Notes: generated by a model from the sequence alone, not told the origin. A DNA stretch of 64,000 nt from an uncultured Candidatus Rokubacteria bacterium (GCA_963762145.1 CAVXJS010000015.1:32001-96000); one strand, 5' to 3'. Positions 1 to 9,298 are shown, numbered from the stretch's first letter. Program-made: numbers and translations.

Positions 1-812
1 TCCACCGTACGCGTCAGGCCCTCCTTGATGGGCGCGAGCGTGGGAACCGCCGGCGGCGTGTATCCGGTGCGGGGGCGCCGGCCGAAGGTACGGTCGACCA
101 TGGGCCGGACGGCCTTGGCGTCCACGGGACCCACCACCACGAGGGCCATGTTCTCGGGCGTGTAGAACCGGCGATTGAACGCTTTCAGGTTGTCCTGCGT
201 CGCCGCGCCCATGGTGGCCGGCGTCCCGAGCACGGGGCGGCCGTAGGGATGCGGACCGAACACCATCCCGTAGAGCTGCCGCACGATGCCGCTCCGGGGA
301 TTGTCGGTCTCGATGCGAGACTCCTCCGCGATGACCTGGCGCTCCGCGTCCACTTCCTTGGGATCGAACGTCGAGCGGAAGGCCATGTCCTCGAGCAGCT
401 GGAGGGCGACGGGCGTCGCCTCGCCCGGCACCTGGACCTGATAGGTCGTGTAGTCGAAGGTCGTGAACGCGTTGGAGCGCCCGCCGGTCCCCTCCACCGT
501 TTGATCGATGTACCCCGGGCCGAACTTGTCGGTCCCCTTGAAGAGCATGTGCTCCTGGAAGTGCGCGTGGCCGAGGGTCTCCGGGCTCTCGTACCGCACG
601 CCCGTGCCCACCCACAGGTACACCGCGACGATGTCGGCCGCGCGGTGCTGCTGCACGATGAGGGTGAGCCCGTTGGGCAGGACCTCGACCACCGGGGGCT
701 GGCCCTGGCCTTTCCCGGAGGCCGTCGGCGCGGCGCTGGCGCACCCGGCGACGAGGCCGGCCAGCGCGGTGGCCGCGGCCAGCTTCCAGAATCGCTTCGC
801 GGGCGGTCTCAT
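1..812 (-). CDS. M16 (pitrilysin) family zinc peptidase, lipoprotein; runs off the left edge
   Basis: Manual translation from ATG 812: MRPPAKRFWKLAAATALAGLVAGC (lipobox)...LPNGLTLIV...GHAHFQEHMLFKGT (HxxEH inverzincin motif)...NAFTTFDYTTY. Confidence 0.9.
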   Translation of the reverse strand, partial: MRPPAKRFWKLAAATALAGLVAGCASAAPTASGKGQGQPPVVEVLPNGLTLIVQQHRAADIVAVYLWVGTGVRYESPETLGHAHFQEHMLFKGTDKFGPGYIDQTVEGTGGRSNAFTTFDYTTYQVQVPGEATPVALQLLEDMAFRSTFDPKEVDAERQVIAEESRIETDNPRSGIVRQLYGMVFGPHPYGRPVLGTPATMGAATQDNLKAFNRRFYTPENMALVVVGPVDAKAVRPMVDRTFGRRPRTGYTPPAVPTLAPIKEGLTRTV

Positions 813-817
813 GGTCT

Positions 818-1279
818 CTACTTCGCCCTGTAGAAGACGACGTCGAACGTCTGCCGCTGGACCGCCTGGAAATAGGCTCCGCCAAGCTGATCGGTCTTCG
901 GATCATGGGTGAGCGTGTACGTGCTCCCGGGGTAGTTGGGGGCGCGGAGCTCGACGAAGACCTTGAGCGTCGATCCGGCGCGAGTGGCTTCGGCCCGGGC
1001 GACGTTGATGGGCCGCGGGTTGAGATACGCCGCGTCGACCACGCCACTGGCGTCGACGGACCGGATCTCCAGAACGTAGCCGCCGTCGGGCCGGACCCAG
1101 CGACCCTTCAGCCTCTCGAAGCCGGCGTCGCTCGCGCCGGCCCGGAGGAGGATCGCGGCGGCAACGAACCCCACCGCCAGCACGACGGTCACGACGATGA
1201 CCGGCGCCCGGCGCCACCAGGCGCCGCGAGGCCGTCGCCGCTCGTTCTCCTTCTCCTTCCGCTGCCTGGGCCGGCTCAT
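818..1279 (-). CDS. hypothetical membrane-anchored protein
   Basis: ORF 818..1339; likely start ATG 1279 after AAGGAG; one N-terminal TM helix then WVRPDGGYVLEI...NYPGSTYTL. Confidence 0.7.
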   Translation of the reverse strand: MSRPRQRKEKENERRRPRGAWWRRAPVIVVTVVLAVGFVAAAILLRAGASDAGFERLKGRWVRPDGGYVLEIRSVDASGVVDAAYLNPRPINVARAEATRAGSTLKVFVELRAPNYPGSTYTLTHDPKTDQLGGAYFQAVQRQTFDVVFYRAK

Positions 1280-1337
1280 TCGTTCTCCTTGGCTAGCGCT
1301 TCGTCCCAGACCTTCTCGCATCTCAAGGCCAATTGAC

Positions 1338-1355
1338 ATAGGACCTTAGTGCTAC
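1338..1355. promoter_or_regulatory. palindrome site 1 ATAGGACCTTAGTGCTAC
   Basis: Matches the recurrent 8-2-8 motif; GAAGGT hexamer 22 nt downstream on the - strand, ahead of 818..1279. Confidence 0.7.
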
Positions 1356-1370
1356 CTGCGACAGTGCTAC

Positions 1371-4043
1371 CTACGCCTTCGGCGCGGCCGGCTTCGCAAT
1401 GAGCCCGGGCGGACGGCCCGCCTCCTCGGACTCCGGGATCCGAGCCGGCGGGAGCGTGACCGACACCGTGCTGCCGCGGCCGGCGTGCCGGACCACTGCG
1501 ATCTCTCCGCCATGATCCCGGACGATGGTCCGGCTGATCGAGAGCCCGAGACCCAGGCCCTCCGGCTTGGTCGTGAAGAACGGCTCGAACATCCGCGCAA
1601 GGGCCTCCTCGCTGAGGCCGGGGCCGGTATCCGAGACGAGGAACTCGACGCCGGCCGGTCCATACCGCGTCCGCACGACCAGCTCGCGCGGGCCGGCCGC
1701 CACCCCGCTCATGGCCTCGAAGGCGTTCATGAAGAGGTTCAGGATCACCTGCTGCAGCTGCACCCGCTCCCCGAGGACCGGGGGAAGGTCCGGGCTCATC
1801 TCGAGCCGCACCGAGATGCCCTTGGTGACCGCGTCGTTGCCGAGCAGCCTCGCGACCTCGCGGACGAGCGGGTTCAGGTCGACCGCCACCTGGTCCGAAC
1901 CGCCCCGCCTCAGCAGGCCGCGCACGCCCCGGATCACGTCCGCGCCCCGCTTGCCGTCCTGCACGATGTCCGACAGGATCGCCCGCAGCTCGACGAGATC
2001 CGGGGTCGGCTCGTGGAGGAGCCGACCCGCGGCCAGGGCGTTCGTCACCATCGCGGTCAGTGGCTGGTTGAGCTCGTGCGCGAGGGACCCGGCGAGCTCG
2101 CCGACGGCCAGCACCCGTGCCGCGTGCGCGAGGCTCTCGCGCTGTTGCTGGGCTTCGAGCTCCCCGCGCTTGCGATCGCTGATGTCGCGATGCGTGACGA
2201 CCGCCCCGCCCTCCGGGCGGCCCAGCGGCACCACCAGCATCTCCCACCAGCTGCCCGGCGCGCGCTCCGGCCCGGCGTACTCCAGCGAGAACCCCGGGCG
2301 AGTCCGATCCAGCACCGCCTGGATCCCCGCCAGCGCCAGCTCGGCATCCTGCACCCCCCGCTCCGCCCCTCGGCGGCAGGCGTCGAGGTAGTTCCCGCCG
2401 GCGACGAACTCCGGAAGCAGGACCCCACCGTAGGCCTGGCTCACCCGGATCCAGGTCTCGTTGACCCGCACGATGGCGCCCGCGCGGTCCACGACGGCGA
2501 CCGCGCCGACCAGTGACGCCAGCACCGCGCGATTCAGCGCCTCGCCCTTGCGCGCCTCGGCTTCCGCCTGCTGACGTATGACCGCGGTGGTGAAGACCTC
2601 GCCCAGCAGCTGGAGTCGCTCCACGATCTCGTCGGGCCACGTCCGCTCGTGCCGCAGGGTGGCCAGGGTCAGGATTCCGAACCGGGTCCCTCCCGCCATC
2701 AGCGGAACGACCACCACGGACTTGGCGCCGTACCGGCGATAGCTCTCTCGATCGGTGGCCGCTTCGCCGGGCAGGTCCTTGAGACGCGAGAAGCAGATCG
2801 CTTCTCCGCGGCGACTTCGTTCCAGGCCCCACGGGAACTCGGCCACCTGGATCCCCGCCGGCAGTCGCCCGATCCCTTCGCGAGACAGGGCGTGCTTGAG
2901 CACGAGCGTGCGGCCGTCGTCCGAGAGCTGTCCGAGCGTCGCGCGATCCACGTCGAGGCACTCGACGATGCGAGCCAGGCCATCCTGCACCGCGTCGGCA
3001 ATCTCCTCCGAAGACCGGCGCGCGAACCGGGCCGACACCTCCGAGAGCAGCGCCTCGAACGCGAGCCGCTCCCGGAGCGTCGCTTCCGCCCGCTCCCGCT
3101 CGCGAAGCACGGCCGCGAGGAACAGCAGCGACACCGCGGTGACGATCATCACCATGAAGAACTGAGTCGCGAAGTCGTGCGCGGACTCGGACGGGCCGGC
3201 GAGCGATCCGAGGTGACGTGCGGCTCCGAAGGTCATGCACAGCGTCGTGGCCAGGAGCGACACGCTGACGCCCAGGGACCCGAAGCGCACCGCCGCCCAC
3301 AGCACCAGCGGCAGGGGCGTGTAGACCAATGCCAGGACGCGGCCGGGCTCGGATACGCCGATCATGATCCCGGCCGCCGCGAGTCCCGCGGTCAGGACGG
3401 CCGCCTCCGCCCACCGACGCAGCGGAGGAGGCCGGCTCCACCAGGCGGAGCCGCGGGTGACCCCGAGCACGAGCGCCGGCGTCACCACGAGAATCGTCAG
3501 CGTGTTGCTCGCGAAGCGGAGCGTCCACGCCGGCCAGTAGCGAATGTCCGCGGGCCATGCGGTCGCCACCCAGATGGCGACGTCGGCGAAGGAGCTCACG
3601 AACGGGGCGACGAACGCCGCCACCGCGATGAAGACGGCGACGTGCCGGAGGTTGCCGAAGTCGAGCCGCGACCCGATGAACCGGCGCACCGCGAGGGCCC
3701 CGATCAGCGCCTGCCCGCAATTGGTGACGAAGAGCCCCAGGATCAACGGCCAGGGGAAGCCGGCCCGGTATTCCATCACCACGTGGGCCGGGAAGGCCGC
3801 GAGCAGGTAGATGCCCCAGGACCGGACCGGCGTCAACAGCAGGACCGAGAGCAGGATCGCGTTGGGCGGCCAGAGGATCGAAGGGCCGCCCTGCGGATAC
3901 CGCGCGTGCATGCCGATCTCGGTCCCGACGTAGTACCCCACCGAGACGAGGACCGCGATCAGCGCGGTCCGGGCCGCGAGCTCAACGCGCGGAACCTGGG
4001 AGCCCAGGGCCCATCGACGCGGAGGTGATGCCATGACGCTCAT
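1371..4043 (-). CDS. MASE1-GAF-PAS sensor histidine kinase (FixL/NtrB-like HisKA + HATPase)
   Basis: N-terminal multi-TM MASE1 (WPPNAILL), GAF, PAS, H-box SLAHELNQPLTA, N-box QVILNLFMNAFEAM, DTGPG, FFTTKPEGLGLGLSI. Confidence 0.9.
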   Translation of the reverse strand: MSVMASPPRRWALGSQVPRVELAARTALIAVLVSVGYYVGTEIGMHARYPQGGPSILWPPNAILLSVLLLTPVRSWGIYLLAAFPAHVVMEYRAGFPWPLILGLFVTNCGQALIGALAVRRFIGSRLDFGNLRHVAVFIAVAAFVAPFVSSFADVAIWVATAWPADIRYWPAWTLRFASNTLTILVVTPALVLGVTRGSAWWSRPPPLRRWAEAAVLTAGLAAAGIMIGVSEPGRVLALVYTPLPLVLWAAVRFGSLGVSVSLLATTLCMTFGAARHLGSLAGPSESAHDFATQFFMVMIVTAVSLLFLAAVLRERERAEATLRERLAFEALLSEVSARFARRSSEEIADAVQDGLARIVECLDVDRATLGQLSDDGRTLVLKHALSREGIGRLPAGIQVAEFPWGLERSRRGEAICFSRLKDLPGEAATDRESYRRYGAKSVVVVPLMAGGTRFGILTLATLRHERTWPDEIVERLQLLGEVFTTAVIRQQAEAEARKGEALNRAVLASLVGAVAVVDRAGAIVRVNETWIRVSQAYGGVLLPEFVAGGNYLDACRRGAERGVQDAELALAGIQAVLDRTRPGFSLEYAGPERAPGSWWEMLVVPLGRPEGGAVVTHRDISDRKRGELEAQQQRESLAHAARVLAVGELAGSLAHELNQPLTAMVTNALAAGRLLHEPTPDLVELRAILSDIVQDGKRGADVIRGVRGLLRRGGSDQVAVDLNPLVREVARLLGNDAVTKGISVRLEMSPDLPPVLGERVQLQQVILNLFMNAFEAMSGVAAGPRELVVRTRYGPAGVEFLVSDTGPGLSEEALARMFEPFFTTKPEGLGLGLSISRTIVRDHGGEIAVVRHAGRGSTVSVTLPPARIPESEEAGRPPGLIAKPAAPKA

Positions 4044-4113
4044 ATCTCGGGCATTCCTCCCGCTTGGCACCGCCAAGCCTCGTCTTGAGTAGCACGGGCC
4101 GGGCGGCAAAGGC

Positions 4114-4131
4114 AAGCGACAGAAGTGCTAC
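4114..4131. promoter_or_regulatory. degenerate palindrome site (GTAGCACTTCTGTCGCTT on - strand) upstream of the kinase
   Basis: One good half-site (GTAGCACT, as in site 1); TG-C-TACTCA exactly 22 nt downstream on the - strand. Confidence 0.4.
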
Positions 4132-4167
4132 GGAGCGTCTGATCGCGACGTAGGCAGCCGGCGGGGA

Positions 4168-4473
4168 TCAGCGCTTCCAGGCCCGGCCGAACGCCTCCAG
4201 GAGCGGTAGCGTCGGGGTCGCCTTGCACGTGGCGATCGCCCGGTCGACGCGGGCCCCGACCACCTCGTCCTTCCAGACCTTCGTGCCGGCTTTGCCGTCC
4301 TGATAACCGTTGAAGTAGATGAGCACCCGATCGCGCCTCTCCCCGTCGAGCGCCAGGAACTCACCGCACGTGAGCTTGGCCAGCTCGAACTGGTTCGGGA
4401 AGATCTGGGCACCACCGGATGCGGGCAACAGGAGTCCGCCGACCAGCCCCAGGAGCAGAATTCTCAGGATCAT
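4168..4473 (-). CDS. HdeA/HdeB-family periplasmic acid-stress chaperone-like protein
   Basis: Signal peptide then LAKLTCGEFLALD...YFNGY...CKATPTLPLLEA, the two-Cys HdeA/B pattern. Confidence 0.7.
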   Translation of the reverse strand: MILRILLLGLVGGLLLPASGGAQIFPNQFELAKLTCGEFLALDGERRDRVLIYFNGYQDGKAGTKVWKDEVVGARVDRAIATCKATPTLPLLEAFGRAWKR

Positions 4474-4484
4474 CGCGGTGTCGT

Positions 4485-4931
4485 CTACTTCTTGAGCTTG
4501 ATCTCCACGCCGCTCCCCGCCAGCGCGAACTCGACGCCCTGGGCCGTCGCGGTCAGCGCCATCTCGACCCCGTTCTGGTTCTTCAGTGCGGCCGCCCCCG
4601 CCCCGCCGCCCACCACCGCGCCGGCCTTCGCCAAGGCGTAGTTGCCGTCGAAATCGGAGAGCGTCTTCAAGTTCACCACGTCTCCCTTCGCGGTGATCTT
4701 GGAGACGCCGAGGTCCACGACGCTGAGCCCCCGGACCGTGAACGGATACTTCTTTCCGCGATATTCGAGGATGCCGTCCCCCCAGCTGACGCCCACGCCG
4801 AGGGCGACCGACTTGCTCTCGAGGGTGACCTTGCCCTTGGTATCGCTCTGGGCCGGGGCCATCGAGGTCGCCACGAGAAGGGACGCCAGGCTGAGTCCGA
4901 GCACGGTGAGGAGCATCGTCGTCCTGCGCAT
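4485..4931 (-). CDS. DUF1134/EipA-like exported protein
   Basis: ATG 4931 after AGGAGG; GVGVSWGDGILEYRGKKYPF...DFDGNY...LKNQNGV. Confidence 0.7.
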   Translation of the reverse strand: MRRTTMLLTVLGLSLASLLVATSMAPAQSDTKGKVTLESKSVALGVGVSWGDGILEYRGKKYPFTVRGLSVVDLGVSKITAKGDVVNLKTLSDFDGNYALAKAGAVVGGGAGAAALKNQNGVEMALTATAQGVEFALAGSGVEIKLKK

Positions 4932-5000
4932 ACTTGAACGCCTCCTGGCTGTTGAGGAATGTGAGTGCGAGAACACTAGAACAGGTGGTGGGCCGCACAT

Positions 5001-5018
5001 ATAGGACCAAGGTCCCAT
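5001..5018. promoter_or_regulatory. palindrome site 2 ATAGGACCAAGGTCCCAT (divergent promoter)
   Basis: TAGTGT 22 nt away on -, CAGTAT 23 nt away on +. Confidence 0.8.
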
Positions 5019-5056
5019 AGCCACCGCCGTCCACCGTCCGACAGTATTGCCTAGCC

Positions 5057-5488
5057 ATGACGACCATATCAAGATCAAGTTCGAGAATCGCCGGGATCGC
5101 CCTCGTCGCGCTGGGCCTGACCGTGGGACCGCCCTCGATCGGTTCGGCGGCTCTGGACGGGTCGACTCCCATGATGTGCGCCGTGACCACGGTCATGGAG
5201 TGCGACGCCTCCGGCCAGTGCGAGCGGTTCAACCCCACTCGACACCCGGACTTCCCCCCCTTCCTCCGGGTGAACGTACCCGCGAAGACGATCACCCTGA
5301 GCCCCGCCGACTCCAAGAAGAGCGAGATCAAGAGCGTCACCCGGCTCGACGGGCGCCTGATCCTGCACGGCGGAGAGAACGGCCGGGGCTGGGCCGCCAC
5401 GATCGCGGAGGACAGCGGCCGCATGGCGGCGGGAGTGGTGGCCGACGACTTCGCCTTCACCCTGTTCGGGACCTGGACGACCCCCTGA
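5057..5488 (+). CDS. hypothetical exported protein with Cys cluster; paralog of 17119..17559
   Basis: Signal peptide; DGSTPMMCAVTTVMEC...C...LILHGGENGRGW. Confidence 0.7.
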   Translation: MTTISRSSSRIAGIALVALGLTVGPPSIGSAALDGSTPMMCAVTTVMECDASGQCERFNPTRHPDFPPFLRVNVPAKTITLSPADSKKSEIKSVTRLDGRLILHGGENGRGWAATIAEDSGRMAAGVVADDFAFTLFGTWTTP

Positions 5489-5547
5489 TCGCCCCGCGCC
5501 GGATAGAGGTGGACGGGCGCCCACCCTCGGATTATCCTGCTGGCACC

Positions 5548-6168
5548 ATGAAGCAGGCCGTCGTGTATGTGGTCGACGACGACGAGTCCCTGTGTCGCGC
5601 GCTCGCGCGTCTCTTCCGCTCGGTCGGGCTGGAGGCGCAGACCTTCCCGTCGGCCCGGGCATTCCTCGACTACACCCCGCCGGATCGGCCGGCGTGCCTC
5701 GTGCTGGACGTTCGCCTGCCCGGGCCCAGCGGCCTCGATCTCCAGTCGGCCCTGAGCCGGTCCGGACGAGACGTGCCGATCGTCTTCATCAGCGGCCACG
5801 GGAGCGTGCCGACCAGCGTCCGCGCCATGAAGGGAGGCGCGGTGGATTTTCTCGAGAAGCCCTTCAACGAGCAGGACCTCCTGGACTCGGTCCAGCACGC
5901 GCTCCAGCGCAGCCGGGAGCAGCGGGCCGACCGGGCCGAGCGCGCGGACCTCGAGCGCCGTCTCGAGACCCTGACGCCGCGCGAGCGCGAGGTGCTCGCG
6001 CTCGTGGTGGCCGGGATGCTGAACAAGCAGATCGCCGACCAGCTCGGAAGCGCCGAGAAGACCGTCAAGGTCCACCGGGGTCGGGTCATGGACAAGATGG
6101 AGGCGGACTCGGTGGCGGACCTGGTCCGGATGACCGAGAAGCTCGCCTCGCCGACGACGAGGCACTGA
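5548..6168 (+). CDS. FixJ/NodW-type response regulator (REC + LuxR HTH)
   Basis: VYVVDDD, CLVLDVRLPG, FISGHG, KPF; LTPREREVL...LNKQIADQLGSAEKTVKVHRGRVMDKM; TATCCT 9 nt before ATG. Confidence 0.92.
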   Translation: MKQAVVYVVDDDESLCRALARLFRSVGLEAQTFPSARAFLDYTPPDRPACLVLDVRLPGPSGLDLQSALSRSGRDVPIVFISGHGSVPTSVRAMKGGAVDFLEKPFNEQDLLDSVQHALQRSREQRADRAERADLERRLETLTPREREVLALVVAGMLNKQIADQLGSAEKTVKVHRGRVMDKMEADSVADLVRMTEKLASPTTRH

Positions 6169-6190
6169 CCGCCGCCCGGAGCCCGATCGC

Positions 6191-6208
6191 ATACGACCAA
6201 GGCCCAAT
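6191..6208. promoter_or_regulatory. palindrome site 3 ATACGACCAAGGCCCAAT
   Basis: CAGACT 22 nt downstream on +, ahead of the single-domain regulator. Confidence 0.65.
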
Positions 6209-6246
6209 ATCCATCCGCTCGCCCCTCCCTCAGACTGCGAGGCATC

Positions 6247-6687
6247 ATGAGCTGGGCCGATGCGACCCTGCACCCGGACGCGGAGACCAGAGAGAGCGCT
6301 CCAGTGAGTCGCGTGATCGGTGTCGTCGACGATGACGCCTCCATCCTCCGCGCGCTCAGCCGGCTGCTGAGCGCGGCCGGCTTCACCGTGAAGACCTTCC
6401 ACTCGGCCGAGGAGTTCCTGGCCCTGGAACAGCCGCCGGGCATCGACTGTCTGCTGCTGGACATCCACATGGGCGGGCTGAGCGGGTTCGATCTGCAGGA
6501 GCGTCTCACCGCGCGGCATAGCCCGATGACGGTCATCTTCATCACCGCTCACGACGATGCCCCGACACGGGAACGGGCGCGGAAGTCGGGCGCCGTCGCG
6601 TACGTCCGCAAGCCCTTCGACGAGCACGCGCTGCTCGGAGCGATCGAGAAGGCTTTCGGCCCTCCGCGTACGACCAAAGCCCTATAG
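6247..6687 (+). CDS. single-domain response regulator (REC only)
   Basis: VIGVVDDD, CLLLDIHMGG, FITAHD, RKPF; start may be GTG 6304. Confidence 0.85.
   Translation: MSWADATLHPDAETRESAPVSRVIGVVDDDASILRALSRLLSAAGFTVKTFHSAEEFLALEQPPGIDCLLLDIHMGGLSGFDLQERLTARHSPMTVIFITAHDDAPTRERARKSGAVAYVRKPFDEHALLGAIEKAFGPPRTTKAL
6668..6685. promoter_or_regulatory. palindrome site 4 GTACGACCAAAGCCCTAT
   Basis: Overlaps last codons of the REC gene; CAGCAT 22 nt downstream on +, ahead of ATG 6781. Confidence 0.65.
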
Positions 6688-6780
6688 CGCGAGACAGCGC
6701 TCGGTGCCAGCATGCTGCCGGCACGAATCATTGCCGGCGGCCGGCCCGAATTCAGCGACCCGGCATCCCATGAAGGACTC

Positions 6781-6837
6781 ATGACACGCCCGAACCGCCT
6801 CGCCGCCGTGCTCCTGGGAGCGCTGGTCGCGGGCTGT
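6781..6837 (+). pseudogene. lipoprotein 5' remnant (signal peptide only)
   Basis: GAAGGA RBS, MTRPNRLAAVLLGALVAGC lipobox, then reads into the antisense of the opposite remnant. Confidence 0.55.
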
Positions 6838-7027
6838 CCAGCTGAGGCTGGTAGAGCGAGTACTTCGCGCCGCGCCCCGTGTGCGCCCGGGGCCAGGGAT
6901 CCGGCGTCACCTGTCCGGGCGGCGGAGGCGCCGGCTGGACCTGACTCATCCCCGGTGGCACCAGCGCCGTCGAGGTCACGATGAAAGCACAGGCGAGCGC
7001 CAAGCCCCGGTGGAACAGGCGTGTCAT
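6833..7027 (-). pseudogene. N-terminal remnant of a large exported protein (family often auto-annotated 'carbohydrate-binding family V/XII')
   Basis: AGGAGG RBS, signal peptide, DPWPR...GAKYSLYQPQLDS, then abrupt loss of protein-like sequence; family recalled, not searched. Confidence 0.6.
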
Positions 7028-7110
7028 GGCGCCGACCTATCCTCCTGTCACGATCTCGAACAGAGCCCCGCGAACGCCCGCCATGCTAGTGGGATCCAGA
7101 GGTACCGCCT

Positions 7111-7128
7111 ATGGGACTTTGGTCTCAT
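7111..7128. promoter_or_regulatory. palindrome site 5 ATGGGACTTTGGTCTCAT
   Basis: TAGCAT 22 nt downstream on -. Confidence 0.8.
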
Positions 7129-7141
7129 TGCCCTATCCTTC

Positions 7142-7159
7142 GTGGGACCAACGTCCTAT
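7142..7159. promoter_or_regulatory. palindrome site 6 GTGGGACCAACGTCCTAT
   Basis: CATACT 22 nt downstream on +; 31 bp from site 5. Confidence 0.75.
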
Positions 7160-7250
7160 TATGTCGAGCGCCGGCATCACTCATACTCCGGTGACGCGAG
7201 AGGCAGTGGACGCATACGACCGGGCGGGGCCCGAAGGGAGCGGACGACCC

Positions 7251-7732
7251 ATGGGACGTCGAGTTCGAGCCGTGATGCTGATCGGAGCCGTCCTGAGCTG
7301 CCTCGTGGGCGGGGCAGCCAGTGCGCAGGACAAGCCCGCGGACCAGATGGAGCTCCTGCGGGAGAAGGCGCGCGCGGACAAGAAGCTGGTGGTGGCGGAG
7401 GCGCTCGCGCTCACCGAGGGCGAGGCGAAGGTCTTCTGGCCGGTCTACAACGCGTACCAGAGCGACATGATCACCCACTACGACAAGGTGCTCGAGTTCA
7501 TCGATCGGTTCTCGAACAGCTACGACTCGATGACCGGTGACGCCGCCATCAAGCTCTTGAACGAGTACCTGGCGCTCGAAGACCAGCCACGTCGCGCTGC
7601 TGAAATCATACGTGCCGCGATTCCAGAAGGTGCTGCCCGCCATCAAGGTCGCCCGCCTCTACCAGGTCGAGAACAAGATCCGGACGCTGGTGAACTACGA
7701 TCTCGGCCGGCAGATTCCCGCTCGTCAAGTGA
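7251..7732 (+). pseudogene. exported helical hypothetical protein, frameshifted (~7585 and ~7718)
   Basis: MGRRVRAV...KKLVVAEALALTEGEAKVFWPVYNAYQ... continues in another frame HVALLKSYVPRFQKVLPAIKVARLYQVENKIR; may be sequencing indels. Confidence 0.65.
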
Positions 7733-7778
7733 GCGCGACCACCTCAACCCCCATCCGGTGAACACAGGAGAGCGGACG

Positions 7779-8339
7779 ATGCTCAACGCGCGACTTGGAG
7801 CAGGCCTGCTGGCGCTGGCGCTCGCGGTTGCCGCGCCGACGATGAACGCGCGGCCCGCCGTGGCCGCCTCCGCCGCCGATATCAACCGCGACGTGGACCG
7901 GGCCATCAAGGTCCTGCTGTCCAAGGATCCGGACGCGCGCAAGCTCGCCAATCAGGCGAAGGCGGTGCTCGTCTTCCCCAATATCGTCAAGGCCGGGTTC
8001 ATGTTCGGGGCCCAGTACGGCGACGGGGCGATGCGCGTGAAGGGCAAGACGGTCGGCTACTACAATACGCTCGCCGCGTCGTACGGCCTCCAGGCCGGCG
8101 TGCAGACGTTCGGCTACGCCCTCTTCTTCATGACCGACTCCGCGGTGGCATATCTCGCCAAGAGCGACGGCTTCGAGCTCGGCACCGGGCCGAGCATCGT
8201 CGTCCTCGACAAGGGTGCCGCGGGGGGAATCAGCACCAGCACGGTCCAGAAGGACATCTACGCGATCTTCTTCGACCAGCGGGGGCTGATGGCCGGGCTC
8301 GGTCTCCAGGGCACGAAGATCAGCAAGATCGACAAGTGA
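7779..8339 (+). CDS. Ysc84/SYLF lipid-binding domain exported protein
   Basis: AKAVLVFPNIVKAGFMFGAQYGDG...ASYGLQAGVQ...GLMAGLGLQGTKI. Confidence 0.85.
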   Translation: MLNARLGAGLLALALAVAAPTMNARPAVAASAADINRDVDRAIKVLLSKDPDARKLANQAKAVLVFPNIVKAGFMFGAQYGDGAMRVKGKTVGYYNTLAASYGLQAGVQTFGYALFFMTDSAVAYLAKSDGFELGTGPSIVVLDKGAAGGISTSTVQKDIYAIFFDQRGLMAGLGLQGTKISKIDK

Positions 8340-8341
8340 CA

Positions 8342-8587
8342 ATGAAGATTGCCGCGCTGCTGATCGTGGTCGGGCTGGGCGCCGGGTGTGCCTCGTCTGC
8401 GTCCGAGGGCTGGACGAAGCCCGGCGCCACCAAGGAACAGGCCAACAAGGACTCGGCCGACTGCCTGTTCGACGCCCAGACCGTGCGGCCGGGTGGTGGG
8501 TCGGCCGGCCCCGCGATGACGGTCGATCAGGTGAAGTATCGCCAGTGCATGGCGAACCGCGGCTATTCCGCGGGCCCGCCGAAGTAA
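8342..8587 (+). CDS. small lipoprotein with two internal Cys
   Basis: LGAGC lipobox; WTKPGAT...DSADC...YRQCMANRGY. Confidence 0.75.
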   Translation: MKIAALLIVVGLGAGCASSASEGWTKPGATKEQANKDSADCLFDAQTVRPGGGSAGPAMTVDQVKYRQCMANRGYSAGPPK

Positions 8588-8860
8588 GCCGCGCTCGATC
8601 CGGCGTCGTCGTACCTGCCCGGCTTTCACGCGGTCCTGCTCGGCTGCCCGAAAGCGACGGTCCCTGGAATACAGGAGCACCTGACAAGACGACGTACGTC
8701 TTGACGCACATCCTCGCCGCGGCCGAGGGCCCGACCCGCGCCGTCGTCAGCGGCAGTACTACGTCAGCACCGGCTACGCGTCATGGCCGACCAGTGAAGA
8801 AGCTGTTCGAGGCCGGACGGAAACAGGTCAAGTAGCCGCGCCGGCCTCGGCGCTCCTCGG

Positions 8861-9298
8861 CTACTGGTCGAGGGTGAACTTGATACCCTGCGCGCCCAGC
8901 TTGAGGCTTGCGCCCTGCGTCGTGCTCGTCAGCTCGACGACAACCCCGTTCTGATTCTTCATGATGGCCGCGCTGGCTCCGCCGCCGACCGTCGCCCCCG
9001 CGCTGCCCGCCGTGTAGGTGCCCGAGAAGTCCGCGACCTTCTTCAAGTTGGTGACCTTGCCGGTCGCGGTCGCCCGGCTGATCCCGACCTCTCCCACGGT
9101 CAGGCCGTCGACCTTGACCGGGTACGTCTTCCCCTGATAGGTGAGCGTTCCCTTGCCCCAGCTGAAGCCGATTCCGGCTGCGACCGAGCCCTCCGACAGG
9201 GTCAGAGTCCCGTCGGTGTTGCCCTGGGCCAGAGCGAGAGCGCTTACCAGCATGACGAGACCAGCGGCCGCGACGAATGTGACGATCGAACGACGCAA
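8861..9298 (-). CDS. DUF1134/EipA-like exported protein (paralog of 4485..4931)
   Basis: GIGFSWGKGTLTYQGKTYP...DFSGTY...MKNQNGV; AGGAGG RBS. Confidence 0.75.
   Translation of the reverse strand: MRRSIVTFVAAAGLVMLVSALALAQGNTDGTLTLSEGSVAAGIGFSWGKGTLTYQGKTYPVKVDGLTVGEVGISRATATGKVTNLKKVADFSGTYTAGSAGATVGGGASAAIMKNQNGVVVELTSTTQGASLKLGAQGIKFTLDQ

Noticed and set aside
6981-8339. 452-aa fusion ORF
   Set aside because: Artefact of a frameshift linking two genes, each with its own RBS and signal peptide (7251 and 7779)
8588-8860. CAAGACG-n5-CGTCTTG inverted repeat (8685-8703) and possible gene remnant ending KKLFEAGRKQVK
   Set aside because: Spacing differs from the island motif, lies between convergent genes, and the remnant is too short to assign
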